Assembly (NCBI GenBank): GCA_964035545.1
Contig: OZ037767.1
Coordinates: forward strand, 1,747,680-1,811,679
Reading direction: 5' to 3'
Length of the DNA stretch: 64,000 nt
Origin: Bugula neritina
Taxonomy: Eukaryota; Animalia; Bryozoa
The notes below the pieces were generated by a model, which saw only the letters and a list, made by a program, of their open reading frames with translations, did not search any database and was not told the DNA's origin. This document shows positions 12,178-24,700 of the stretch, piece by piece. How positions within the stretch are numbered: position 1 is the first letter of the stretch; each line of letters begins with the position of its first letter. A program made the translations under genes and the position numbers.

Positions 12178-14047
12178 GACTTTGTCATGCGTTACCTGGC
12201 AATGCTGGGTACAAGTTGATACATTCAGAGCTGAAATCACAGATAAGTGTGTTCGAGTGCAGCTGGATCAATGAATGTAAGTGCCTTAGTTGAACTTAAA
12301 GAATGATTAAAGATGGTAATTCTGAGATGCACATCCTGCTCTTTACATCAGCCAATCAGCAACCGCCGTGTGTTCTGAGTGAAGCAGACGAAGTTTTCAC
12401 TGACTAGTCATAAACAATGACTGAATTGGCTACTTGTTATTTCATATTGGAGTAGCTAAGCTATTTTCAACAATTAAAGTTAAAGTCAGTAATTTAATCT
12501 AATAACTCATGAAAAACATAAAATATAATATTTAGTCCTTTCGGTCACACTATAACATTTAAATTTATAGCAGCACACTATATGTATTGATTTTACATCT
12601 ATCTTAGCTTATAGCAATTATACCCTAAGTTTATTGAATTTTAAAGAAATATTTTGCATAATTTGTTTTCAGCCTTGATAGTTAATATTTATATAGTTTT
12701 CATTTTGTAGAATTTTACAAGCCATGGGGTGTCCTTCAGAAGTCCTGGCCAAGAAGTCATTCAATTCTTCTGCTGCAACATATTCTTGGCAATAACCTCC
12801 CTTGACCTTCATAAACTGGTGCCCTTGACCTTCATAAACTTGTGATGTAAAAGCTCTCAGTCCACATTATTTTCTATAATGCTAAGATCAAAGAATGTAT
12901 AAAAATGCCACCAAAACATGCAGTCATTTGTAAGATTGAAAGTTCATTTTTTTCTACCAGCATTTGTGTTCACAAGTCAATAACAAAATATCTCGTAAAC
13001 ACTTTTTTGTAGTTTGTGGAATCTTTGCCTTTCTTTCAAATGGGCAACCATCTTATAACTCTGGTAATACAGAATAATGTGTCAAGTAAGCTGCATTAAA
13101 CCATATACAGTGATATGTTCAAACTGCTGATAAAATATCTATTAATGAGAAATAAAAGATTTACAAATGCATCAAAATTTGATCATTTTAACGATTAATG
13201 TAGGATGCAATTTAAAAGTGCTTTAGTTACAATTAGAATGTATTACAATATATGTGAAGATATATTAGTACAATGTGCAATGATGTTACTGGTTGTTCAC
13301 AACACCTTATACATCCTTTGCCAATGTGCTTAGCTTAAGCTTTTAATATCTGATTGAAAACCAGAGCTTGTAGCAAATCAGCTTCATCTCAAGATTAGAC
13401 TAAACAATCATCACTACTATTTTTGTAAAACAAAGGCTATAATGCAGTGAAACACAATCTGGCAGCGCACTATGTTGAAAATGCTCCATTTTATCATAGC
13501 TACACACCAAGACACTAACGATTTCCCTAGCCTTTGTCACAGTCTTAGAGTCTATACTGTACTGCAAACATAACTTAATACTTCAGCATCCAGTAAAGTC
13601 TACTGCATACAGTTTACTTGCACCGTTAGAACAGCTGTTACAAAGTTACTTTATTACAAAAAAGAATAATATTTACATTGTTTACATATATACAGACATA
13701 TTATACACACATGGCACAATACATTATGAAAACATTGAAAGGAGTTGTCTGATATTCTTGTTACAGAGTTCTTATAAATGGGCATTGAAAGTGGTAGATA
13801 ATACCACCTTTCTCACAAGGAATTGTCCACACAATCCCTTCTTGTATGTAACTAAGTGAAAGTGTTAAGAAGCCTGAAGCAGTGGCATTATGTTAATGGC
13901 TCCACACAACAAGTTAACTTGGTTAGCTGGCACCAGCCATGCTTATTTCAAAGTCCGTCATATGATCCGTCACCCTGCCATGGCATCCATTAGAGTCCAC
14001 AGACTAGAGAAATGAAACAAAGTTTCTATGAAGAGTTATCTCCCCAA

Positions 14048-17000
14048 CTACCTCCGCGCTATCTTCTCTTTATACTGAGCAACTTTCTTCTCATCCCTCG
14101 ACTTGTCAGCACTAACTTGCGGCAGCATTGACGAGTCCACTTTATACCTGAATGTATAGTAATATATAAACATGATATTATGTAATAGGAAATACCTGAA
14201 TGTATAGTAATATATAAACATGATGTTGTGTAATAGGAAATACCTGAATATATAGTAATATATAAACATGATATTATGTAATAGGAAATACCTGAATATA
14301 TAGTAATATATAAACATGATAATGTGTAATAGGAAATACCTGAATATATAGTAATATATAAGCATGATATTATGTAATAGGAAATACCTGAATATATAGT
14401 AATATATAAGCATGATATTATGTAATAGGAAATACCTGAATATATAGTAATATATAAACATGATATTATGTACTGTAATAGGAAATACCTGAATATATAG
14501 TAATATATAAGCATGATATTATGTAATAGGAAATACCTGAATATATAGTAATATATAAACATGATATTATGTAATAGGAAATACCTGAATATATAGTAAT
14601 ATATAAGCATGATAATGTGTAATAGGAAATACCTGAATATATAGTAATATATAAGCATGATATTATGTAATAGGAAATACCTGAATATATAGTAATATAT
14701 AAACATGATATTATGTAATAGGAAATACCTGAATATATAGTAATATATAAACATGATAATGTGTAATAGGAAATACCTGAATATATAGTAATATATAAGC
14801 ATGATATTATGTAATAGGAAATACCTGAATATATAGTAATATATAAGCATGATAATATGTAATAGGAAATACCTGAATATATAGTAATATATAAGCATGA
14901 TATATCAATATAATTTGTAACAGGAACTAAAAGAGGGAAACAAGTTTTGAGAGAAACAAATGATATAAACACTGAAATATATTTCTTTTATTCAGCTCAG
15001 CGGTATAAACTGCAATAGCAATATCTTGTAGAGATTGTAGAAGTATAGATTGTAGAAGTGTAGTGTAGAAGTGTAGATTGTAGAAGTGTAGTGTAGAAGT
15101 ATAGATTGTAGAGGTATAGATTGTAGAAGTGTAGAGTAGAAGACTAGAAGTATAGATTGTAGAAGTGTAGTATAGAAGTATAGATTGTAAAAGTGTAGAG
15201 TATAAGTATAGATTGTAGAAGTGTAGTGTAGAAGTGTAGATTGTAGAAGTGTAGTGTAGAAGTGTAGTGTAGAAGTATAGATTGTAGAAGTATAGAGTAG
15301 AAGTATAGAAGTGTAGAGAAGAACACAAGTCACCTGTCGTGCTGGACAAAGTTGACAGCCATATTGGTTGGTACAAAGTGGGAGACGTCTTCTTTCTTCT
15401 TCATTCTTTCTATCATCAGCTTCTGCTTGGCTTCTTCAGTGGCTTCAATATTTCTGATTTTGGCTCTGCAATACAGTATACACGTTACATGAAGAGATGC
15501 TATGTGAATACACTAATGTGCTCACACAGTATACGTGTTAAGCTACACTGCGTGGAGAGAAAGTAAAATAATAAATAGTTTATTCAAAAACAAACTGCTA
15601 TTTAATTACTGTTTGTATCATCTAGACAAATGAGGAGTTTTACTCCCTATTTCATTGCAAACTATCACAGCTACAGCATTGTGTAGCCACACACTAAGAA
15701 ACTGTAGCCACATGAGTACAGCAGTACTTACGCGATGCCAAGGTCAACCTCAGGAATGCCAGACAGCATCTGATTGGACAGCATATCCTCTGTTTTAGTG
15801 ATGGATGACTCAACCCTGAGATTGTCCGGAAGCTGATATAGGACAGATTCCGGGTCATTCGCTCTGAAAGAATATTCTGGAAGTCAGAGAGAATTTTTCC
15901 CCTTTCACACGTTTAAAAAATGCAAATGATTACAGCAGACGAGAGTGTCTCCCCTTTAATGAGGCAAATGCTAAAAAATGATAAACAATTACGAGGCAAT
16001 TAGAAACTGTGAACTTACTTGGAGTTGTCTGCCTTCTCATCAACAAGTATTCCCTTACGTCTAGCTATTTCCTGATCTACAAACTTCTGCCTGTAAAATA
16101 CAGAAAGATTTTTAATGCTGCCATATTATTGGCTGAAATTTTATTTCATGACTATTCAGTTGGAGCTCAAAAACACAACCATTACTACTTGAAGCCCACA
16201 TAGACATCAGTTTTTTATAATACGTTGATTCATCGTGAAACTGTCACAGCTCTAATAGATACGCAGCCGTTTCAGAGTACTTTTACTACTTTTTCTTAGT
16301 CTAGACTATTTAAAGGACCCTATGCAGTAGATCTGTATTTAAAGGACCCTATGCAGTAGATCTGTATTTACAAGATGCAATTTGTCATCAACACAGCTCT
16401 AGTGTAGAAAGAGAATATTGCTACAGCCCTACTTTAATAGCCGAGTATCATGACAGCCGTATCACAGCTTACATTTCTGCATCCTCATCTCTAGTGTTGG
16501 TCTCAGCAGCAAATGCTGTCCCAATTGCCTCCTCAGAGGACAGCCTTTTATCTCTTCTTTTAGACTTCATGTCTATAAACCCTCCAGTCTTTATCTTGAA
16601 CGGGTCGGCATCTTCAGTCACCTCATCAGCAATGCTTGAAACTATTTTACCTGCAATAGAATCAAATTTTAAACAAGTAGGAAAACAATTTTACAAAAAC
16701 CATAGCTTTAGTCCCTGGCTTTACCCATAAAAAAACTTAACAAATGATCTTATCTTTTATGCATTTATATTGTTTTTAGCTTTGAACTAAATGATAGTAG
16801 TAACAGTGGATATAAGAGGTAAATATGTTACTTACCTGTAGCTAAACCTGCCAAACTGACACCTTTTGGTCTCTTTCTCAGCTTCTGTAATTCTTTAAGG
16901 TCATCAACATTTCTAAAAATGTTATATGAAATCATGTGGCAATGTGGCAAATAAAATAGTTAGTTATTATCGCAATCAAATGATACATATATCAATTTTA

Positions 17001-17270
17001 AAAGCAGGCAATAAAGCAGGCAATATACTCTTATATCTTACTAACATAGTCATGCTTATACTGAACCTATAACTTATAAGTTATAACTATAAGTATAAGT
17101 ATAATATGTATGTCAGAGGTGCATAGCAAATTGAGAATAATAAAGATTGTATCAACATACGATGTTGCAATTGTGGCATCATCTGAATCACTGTCAACTT
17201 CATCTGAGTCTTTTCGTTTTCTAACACTTCTTGGCTTTTTAAATTTCTTTATAGCAGGGCCATCAGACAT
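14048..17270 (-). CDS. C9orf78: Splicing factor C9orf78 / TLS1 (HCA59) homolog. Exons: 17161-17270, 16836-16912, 16473-16650, 16019-16090, 15732-15863, 15334-15465, 14048-14147
   Basis: Family motifs KELQKLRKRPKGVS, DPFKIKTGG, IGTAFAAETNTRDEDAEMQKFV, LYQLPDNL, EDMLSNQMLSGIPEVDLGI, AKIRNIEATEEAK, FVPTNMAVNFVQH. Splice phases are consistent. A probable 5'UTR intron lies at ~17313-17508. Confidence 0.92.
14145..14903. repeat. 48-bp minisatellite, ~16 copies, abutting the last C9orf78 exon
   Basis: Unit TACCTGAATATATAGTAATATATAAACATGATATTATGTAATAGGAAA. One unit has a 5-bp insertion at ~14471. Confidence 0.97.
15027..15320. repeat. Degenerate 13-15-bp repeat (AGTGTAGATTGTAGA / AGTGTAGTGTAGA)
   Basis: Tandem copies seen directly, next to the C9orf78 donor at 15333. 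Confidence 0.9.
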
Positions 17271-18491
17271 CTTTAATTTTTACTAGTGTCTTAGTTTGAA
17301 TTTCAACTTGAACTAGAATTAAAATTAAGTCAATAATTTTAAATGATTACTATATTATTATTTGTATATTATTATTATCATCAATATGAATATTACAATT
17401 ATATCAAATTTATTATTAAACATAAATAAAATATTAATTATAATTTTAGCTTCAAGTTCAACCTTCACAATGAATCTTCAAGTTCAAGAAGCTAAGACAG
17501 TAACTCACCAACAGTGAGACTAAGTTAAAGTGTAACTGTAAGACTAACAGTAACTGTAAGACTAACAGTAACAGTAACTGACTAAGTGAAGTCTAAGAGT
17601 AAGACTAAGAGTCAATCAGACTGAATTAAAATAGTCGTAGAAACTGAAAATGAAAAAGAGCTTCTATTTTATAATTTTAACTTTTTGCGGTCTACTAAAT
17701 AAAGTATATGTTTAACCATACCGTTAGCTGTAAAAACAATCTCTTTTAAACTTTGAGTTAGTTACTGTTACACTTGATCAAGGAATAATTATCATTATTC
17801 ATGATGGTAATCTCAAATAAGTCGCAGGCCTACACACCGGAAATTGGTTTAAGTTCGATAAGTGGCAATAATGTAATAAAAAAGGCGTGCATGCAGGGCT
17901 TAGTTGGCAACAGTTTTCCTGAGATTACAACTCCTTATGAAAATAGACTGACGGAGGATATCAAATATAGCGATGCCAGTCACATTTTTCATGGATGACC
18001 AACATTACTATAAATTACGCCATAAATTGTGAGCTCAAGTGTCCATAAATACATATTTTTGTTTTCATTGAACACAGGATGTAAATTTTAGTCAGAGCCA
18101 TCAACATTGCAATGTTAGGTCCATTGTACATGCCTTTTTAGTTGTCATTATGAGCTGATACAAAAATAAGATTAGAAAATATATTTATTATTATTCCCTT
18201 GATAACTTATAAAAGGTAAGATTTCTTTTAAATGCAGAAAATAAAATTGCAGCTGCATTAGAAGAAGTAAACCATATCCAATATTTAATTGAATAAGCAA
18301 AATTTTGAACAAGCTGTGAACAGAGAAGACAACTACAGTGACACTGCTATACAATGCAAGATGTTATTATAATCATAAACACACTTCAAAATACAAGTAA
18401 TTATTACACCAAATTATATTTATTGGATAAATATAACACTTGATAATACAAATGCATCCATCTATATTTACAAAACTATATATCATCAATC

Positions 18492-18751
18492 TTATACTTT
18501 TGGAGCCCCAAACGCATCAGGCATTCTTTCTATCGTATATCTGCAAAGAAGAAAATTACAACTCAACGTGTACCTTCTTTATCACAGATTGAAGCTGAAG
18601 CGTCATAATGACTAGAAAAATATGTAATACCTAGTAGTAATAGCAGTAATAGTAGTAGTTGTGGTAGTACTGGTAGTAGTAGTAGCAGCAGCAGCAGTAG
18701 CAGCAGTAGTAGTAGCAGTAGTAGTAGTAGAGTAGTAGTAGTAGTAGTACC

Positions 18752-18783
<32 letters not shown>

Positions 18784-21140
18784 CAGCAGTAGCAGTAGCA
18801 GTAGTACTAGCAGTAGTAGTAGTAGAGTAGTAGTAGTAGTAGTACCAGTAGTAGTAGTAGTAGTAGTAGAGTAGTAGTAGTAGTAGTACCAGTAGTAGTA
18901 GTAGTAGCAGTAGCAGTAGTACTAGCAGTAGTAGTAGTAGCTAGTACATAGTGTGCAGTTGTATGTAAAACATAAATAATACTTTTCTCAAATAGTCAAT
19001 ATTCAGTTTTACATAAAATATTGAGATGTATTTTGCTTCATGTCTAAAAAGAAGATCGGTAAGTACAATAGACTAGACTAATAAACCCACCGCTTGTTTG
19101 ATATATACATGATGGGAACACCAGGTATTTTTCGCACTCTGTTTCTCACACCTTTATCACATGACGCTACGATGTAACACTTGTGCTGCAAATACATAAG
19201 CCAATGAAAGGCAGAAGTACATTAATGGAGGTAAACGATATGCTACCAGTAATTACTACATATTATATTTTATCAGTTATTATAGAGCAACTTCTTTTTA
19301 TAAACTCAAGGATATCTTTCGGTGGGCTTTATTGACAACTCAAATAGTCAAATTATGCCAAACAATATCATTGCGACAAAATAGGAGACAGTAAAATATA
19401 GCAATATAGAGAGAGCATTACTCCAAGTAACCGGAGAGACACTAAAACATTATAGTAATACAGAGAGAGAATTACTCCACGTTACCTGAGTTACCCTCTC
19501 TATAATACAGTCGTCAGCATACGTCCCTTTATGTACACACGGAAGTCTCTGGAACCTCGGATCTCTTGCGGCTTTCAGACCCATTTTATATCTTGGACCA
19601 AGTTTCTCCAACTCAGCAAGCACACAGTCTGTTATGTAACAAGTACCTGTAGAAATAAATTACTATGTAGAGTAACTATTTACTATGTAGTGTAACTAAT
19701 TACTATGTAGAGTAAGTGAACTATTGTGTAGGTAAATCTTGCCCTACTTACACTTTGCAAAGAGACAATCCATGGACCCTTTGTGTACGTCAAGTTTATT
19801 CTTTAGTGAGAGGTTGATGAAGTTAGTATCTACTAGAATGTGATAAGGGGGACCTAGTTTCGTGTTGTACGCAAAGAACATGGCGGATGTGATAGGCTTT
19901 CTACAATATAATATCCAGTATCAATAAAGATTATCTATATATCACTTTGAGTATATATTAAGTTGAAGTAGAACCAGATATTATACTAGTATATATACAT
20001 TACTTTGAGAAGATAGCCATATCACTTACACTTTCTTAACCTGCATCTCCTCTGCCTGTGATTTCTGTTTTTTCTTCAACTTCTCTTTAGATATTTTTCC
20101 ACCTGTCTTTCTGAAAGCATAACACATCTTAACTTAACATGCCCGGTTTTGTACAGTAATGCTCTTCAAAAGTAAAAACAATTTTTAATTTGGTCTTTAG
20201 TGGAAAACCATTAGTGTTGTAGTCTTTTTTTCAAACACTAGAGCATATAGTTACAGTCGTTTCAAGAATAAAGAAAGACCCAATATTAGTTTAGTGAGAT
20301 GCTTAATAATTTCCTTAGTAAGTGATTAGAGCATTTGCCTAGAAAGCGTTAGGTCATGGGTTCGAGTCCCGGTAGTGTGAAGAAAAGCATCCGATGAGAA
20401 TAGCTCCTGTGTCACACACGCACACACAGCCTAAGGCCAACCAAAAAGCCCATACCATCAGTATTTCTTGCAGGAATACAGACTTTACACAAAGTTGAAC
20501 TTTTTAATGACATGAAAGCTTCTTCATAGCACCAGATGTGGCGCACCGTGCATAGATCTTATTTATTGCCAATCACAATAATAATATTCATTATAATTCC
20601 CAGAAGTTGTGTTATCATAACACATGATATCTAAAATAACTTCGAAATGCTAACTTACAGTCTTGAATCATTGAGAGATATCAATTTAGTTTTCAAGCTT
20701 TTTCTCAAAGCAATTGTCTTTGCCTTTTTTTTCCTGTTAGCTCCCTAAAGTAAGAAATCTTTATAATGAACATACATTTACAAATTGTAGTGTTATAATA
20801 ATTGCAATTATTTTCACTTACTCACTCATGTTGACACTGATAGTCAATGTCATACTCATAGTGATAATCATAATCAATATCAGTATGACTATGACTATGA
20901 GTATCAGTATCACTATCACTATCATACTTAAAGTTATTAATTATTATATTTATACAATTATTATTATAGTGATACTCATACTCTGTTACTCATTCATGAT
21001 TCAATTTCATATCCATATTGAATTTGAAATTGATAATCATCAGTCATCACTGATACTGATAGTGATACTCATTCACTCATACTGATACTGATAGTGATAG
21101 TCAATCATCAATGTCATACAATCACAATGATACATACCAT
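18492..21140 (-). CDS. FCF1: rRNA-processing protein FCF1/UTP24 (PIN endonuclease). Exons: 21138-21140 (ATG only), 20659-20744, 20030-20110, 19752-19900, 19486-19646, 19091-19185, 18492-18540
   Basis: [87 protein letters not shown]. Phases are consistent across all junctions. Confidence 0.95.
18632..18945. repeat. (AGT/AGC)n microsatellite in the last FCF1 intron
   Basis: Seen directly. Confidence 0.95.
20315..20505 (+). mobile_element. tRNA-derived SINE (copy 2), in an FCF1 intron
   Basis: A-box-like AGTGATTAGAGC and B-box GGTTCGAGTCC. The body is collinear with the 11685 copy. Confidence 0.7.
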
Positions 21141-21712
21141 AGCACTGTTTTAAAGTTTTTCCCAAATAAAATGATTAAAATTTAGAAAAATTAACGTTCA
21201 CGGTTCACGTTAAACAAGTATTTCAATGAACGTGACTACAATCAATTAAAATATCAATATGTAGACATAAAACAAAAGTTAAACAACTACTTTCAGTCGC
21301 TGGCTACAATGAGTTTGTTATAACGGATGTTCATCGTGTGTCTGTTGATACGGCACAGCAGCTAAACAAAAATAGGGTATTGCGGACTGAAAACTAGTTT
21401 AAACAAAAGTGGTTTCGTTTTAGCAAAATAGCCTTCGATCATACGTTAGGGTGTTTCGTAAAGCTTGACTCTATATTCTGTATATTCACTCTACAAATGC
21501 GAGCACTAATTATCGCAGCAAAGGTGTTACGTCCAAACTCGCGGGAACTATTGTACTTGTAAATCTCACTGTGTTTACTTTTATAATTATTACTGTTCCT
21601 TTATAATATTTTCTTATGACGCTATAAGTATAATTATCATCATAGCGACAATTATTACTATTAGTATATATACCAGATAGTTTAATTTTACGCATATTTA
21701 TTGCGGTTTACC
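21141..21712. promoter_or_regulatory. Probable bidirectional promoter for FCF1 and POLA2
   Basis: Divergent ATGs ~570 bp apart and locally CpG-richer sequence. E2F-like TCGCGGGAA at 21539-21547; TAAACAA at 21211, 21280, 21363 and 21400. Confidence 0.65.
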
Positions 21713-24700
21713 ATGTGCTCCACAGAAGCTTTACAAGAAGAATTTAAGTTCTATGGATTTTACAGTATCGGACAGCCCGTACTTGAAAGTGGTAAGTCAA
21801 GTTTTGGAGTTGAAGTTATACTTACTCTTAGAGTTACACTTACTGTTAGTGACTTCCAGTTAATGAGTTACACTTACTGCCAGTTGTATTTAGTAGTAGT
21901 ACTACATGTCTACAACTCTATAACTAAAAGTAGCACGGATTTCAATTTTTATTCTCAGTAAAACTAAAGAGTAAATCAAAAATGACTAAATCTAAATGAT
22001 AAATGTAATACTTAAAAGTAAAAGTTTTACTATTATTTTTTTTAAGTATTACATTCTCATTCTCATTCTGATTTAGTTTTACTGTGGAGAAAAATTGAAA
22101 TCCGTGGGCATGTGACTTGCAGATGTTATTGAGAAATAATTTGATTTATTTCAAGGATAAATTGAAGATTATATTAGTTGATTAAAATGTTACCCACAGC
22201 CACTCGCCCAGTTTTTTAGTCATGCCTATTAGTATTACATTATATTTGGGTTTTGCAGTAAAGATAATATTTATATAATAAACATTCTTATTCATTGTTT
22301 CAAATCAGTTCATTTCAAGTTTCAGTTATCCTTACATGCATTTTTTATTATCCAATAAATATATTTATTTTGTATTGTTCCATCACATATTTTAGTGGTG
22401 AGCTTTATCAACCTACACAATGCTAGTATAGAGAGTGTGGTATCGGAACTCGTGGCTTTTGCTGGAAACCGTCATGAGGAGGCGACCCTTACTGAACAGA
22501 TGCTAAAAGAGTTCAAATCCGTAAATTAATTGACAAAATCATTTTCAATCTTGTTTATTAACTATGGACCTTGTTTTTATTCAGTAGCCTAAATCAGATG
22601 TAGATGTAGATGTTCAGTTCACTAGGTAATTCACCTATGGCAAAGGTTAAAGATAATTGTAGGTTATTGCAATTGCTGTGCGTATCAAACTAGGGAACAG
22701 TTCTGCTGTCATCAGTTTGGTTTTGCTTGGAAAGAATTCATGAAGCAGGCTGTAGTTGTGTTGTTATGTACCAACTAGAGTAAGTATATGTACCAACTAG
22801 AGTAAGTATATGAACCAGGGGAAAACTAGAATTAAATAGGTAGGAAACTTAAAATATTTAATCCAATTGTTCTGTTTTTAGGGCTACTTTCAAAAGAAAA
22901 AGACAGCGGGACGGGTGCATATGGAACCCACCCCACCCCGATATGACTTGGCACTGTATCCTCTTTAATTATTTGACATTCCATATGCCAAAGCATTTCT
23001 ACATATTTATTTCTAGTTGAGATGTCAGTGATTGTGATGGTTACGTCAAACGCTAGATGTGTTGTGAATAGTTTTGAAAATTACTAACTTTTTAATTTCA
23101 TTTCTCAAACCTGGTGACTGTAAACTATGTCTTGCAACGCCACACCTGATTGCCTATTATTAAACGGAAGAAACTGTCGAACGACTCTAAAAAGTTTGAC
23201 TTTACGAGTCAAAATAAATTTTGTTTTTCATTTTTCTCCTTGTGACCTTTAAGAGTCCTTGACATTTGTACTAGGAAATCCGACCAAGACTATAACATCA
23301 TGGCTGCTTATGGGGGGTCCCCAGTCACTCCCCTAAACTCTGCCAAGAGATCCCAGACTACTCCTGATAGCTCGAGTAGTAAAAGGAGGTCTAACGTCAA
23401 CACTCCCGTGTCTAACGTGTCTCCTCTGGTTGGTGACGCCACACCTATTCGGAGAAGGTATAGTTGCATTACCTTCTTACCTTGTTTATAGATGCAGTTC
23501 TCTTTGTCATTTGTTCTTAGTTATTTTTAAAGTTAAGCCTTCACATTGTGTCACTTCCGTGAAAATCTATTGAAATCCGTCATCACATAGACAGTGGTGG
23601 CCATCAGATATAGGTCATAACTTTTTTAATATGGCCATAGTATTTCTCGCAAAAATGGTTTAGTCAGTTGAAACAAAAGATCATTTTACGTGACTTTGGG
23701 TAACTTGATGTTACAAAAGTGTCATCAAAGGCTGAAACCGGAAGTGGAGTGCGGCAATTTTGTTTCTAAGGGGGTGTCAGTGTTATCATATTGATAAACT
23801 GTTTGTTTTGGAGTTTCAAGTGTACATTGGTTTTGATAAGTTCTGTATTTTATTCTTAAATATGTTCACAGTCTATCAACTTATTTTATTGTAGTTTGAA
23901 GGTAGTAAATATTTAGCACTTGATAATTTTGTAAATTCAAAGCAGAACATGAGCATAGTTGTTAAACTGACTAGGAGTTGTGTGACACCGTCATCTAAGA
24001 AGTACACAAAAAGGGCCAACAAGTCACAAGTGATGATGAAATACGGTGACGTGGACTCCGTGACCGACTGGGCTGGGCAGAGTGCAGACGTAGACGTCTG
24101 CATAGCCAGGCGAGATAACTCCAAGTTTAGATACATGTTTCAGAAACTGCAAGACAAGTCACATGGTATGGGCACTGTTAGTAGTCACATGGTGGTAAAC
24201 TGATGCAGTGGTGTTGACATGGCATATACAGGAACAAGTTTCTCCCTGCTTGTTTTCTGAGTTGCAGTAGAACTCAGTATTTTTAACTATAACAGCTATA
24301 ATTATATTTATTTTGGAGAATTCCAACTAGCAGCTTACTTTGAAGATTCTAGTAAGTTGAGACTGTCAAATATTTGTGTAGGACATTTAGCTGAGTACTA
24401 TACAAGATAAGCTATGGTCTTACAACACCCCCCCCCCCCCCCCCCTACTTGCAGTTCAGTGAATTACAATGCTGTGGTCTATTAAGCATTCTTAATTAAA
24501 GATAATAAAAGTATCTGTCATATACTATACAGTATCTAAGCTAGACGCTACAAGTTCGAGCCGTTGAATTCCATTGGTTACTGTTTCACTGCAGTGTGTG
24601 GTTTCAATTAGCCTCCTTTCATGTCGGGCTGATGAATGAGGGCTGAGTGATATTCACACAGATAAACTCTAATCTTCTTTCTCAGAAGTTTTTATAAGCT

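Noticed and set aside
13920-14004. Extra terminal exon for C9orf78
   Set aside because: The 14048-14147 exon already ends in a stop, and its tail (DKSRDEKKVAQYKEKIARR) aligns loosely with the family's C-terminal motif.
14466-15376. Long Tyr/Ile/Thr-rich ORFs as independent genes
   Set aside because: They are translations of tandem repeats inside a C9orf78 intron.
20828-21085. Ile/Thr-rich 85-aa ORF
   Set aside because: It is a translation artefact of the 6-bp-periodic tract in FCF1 intron 1.
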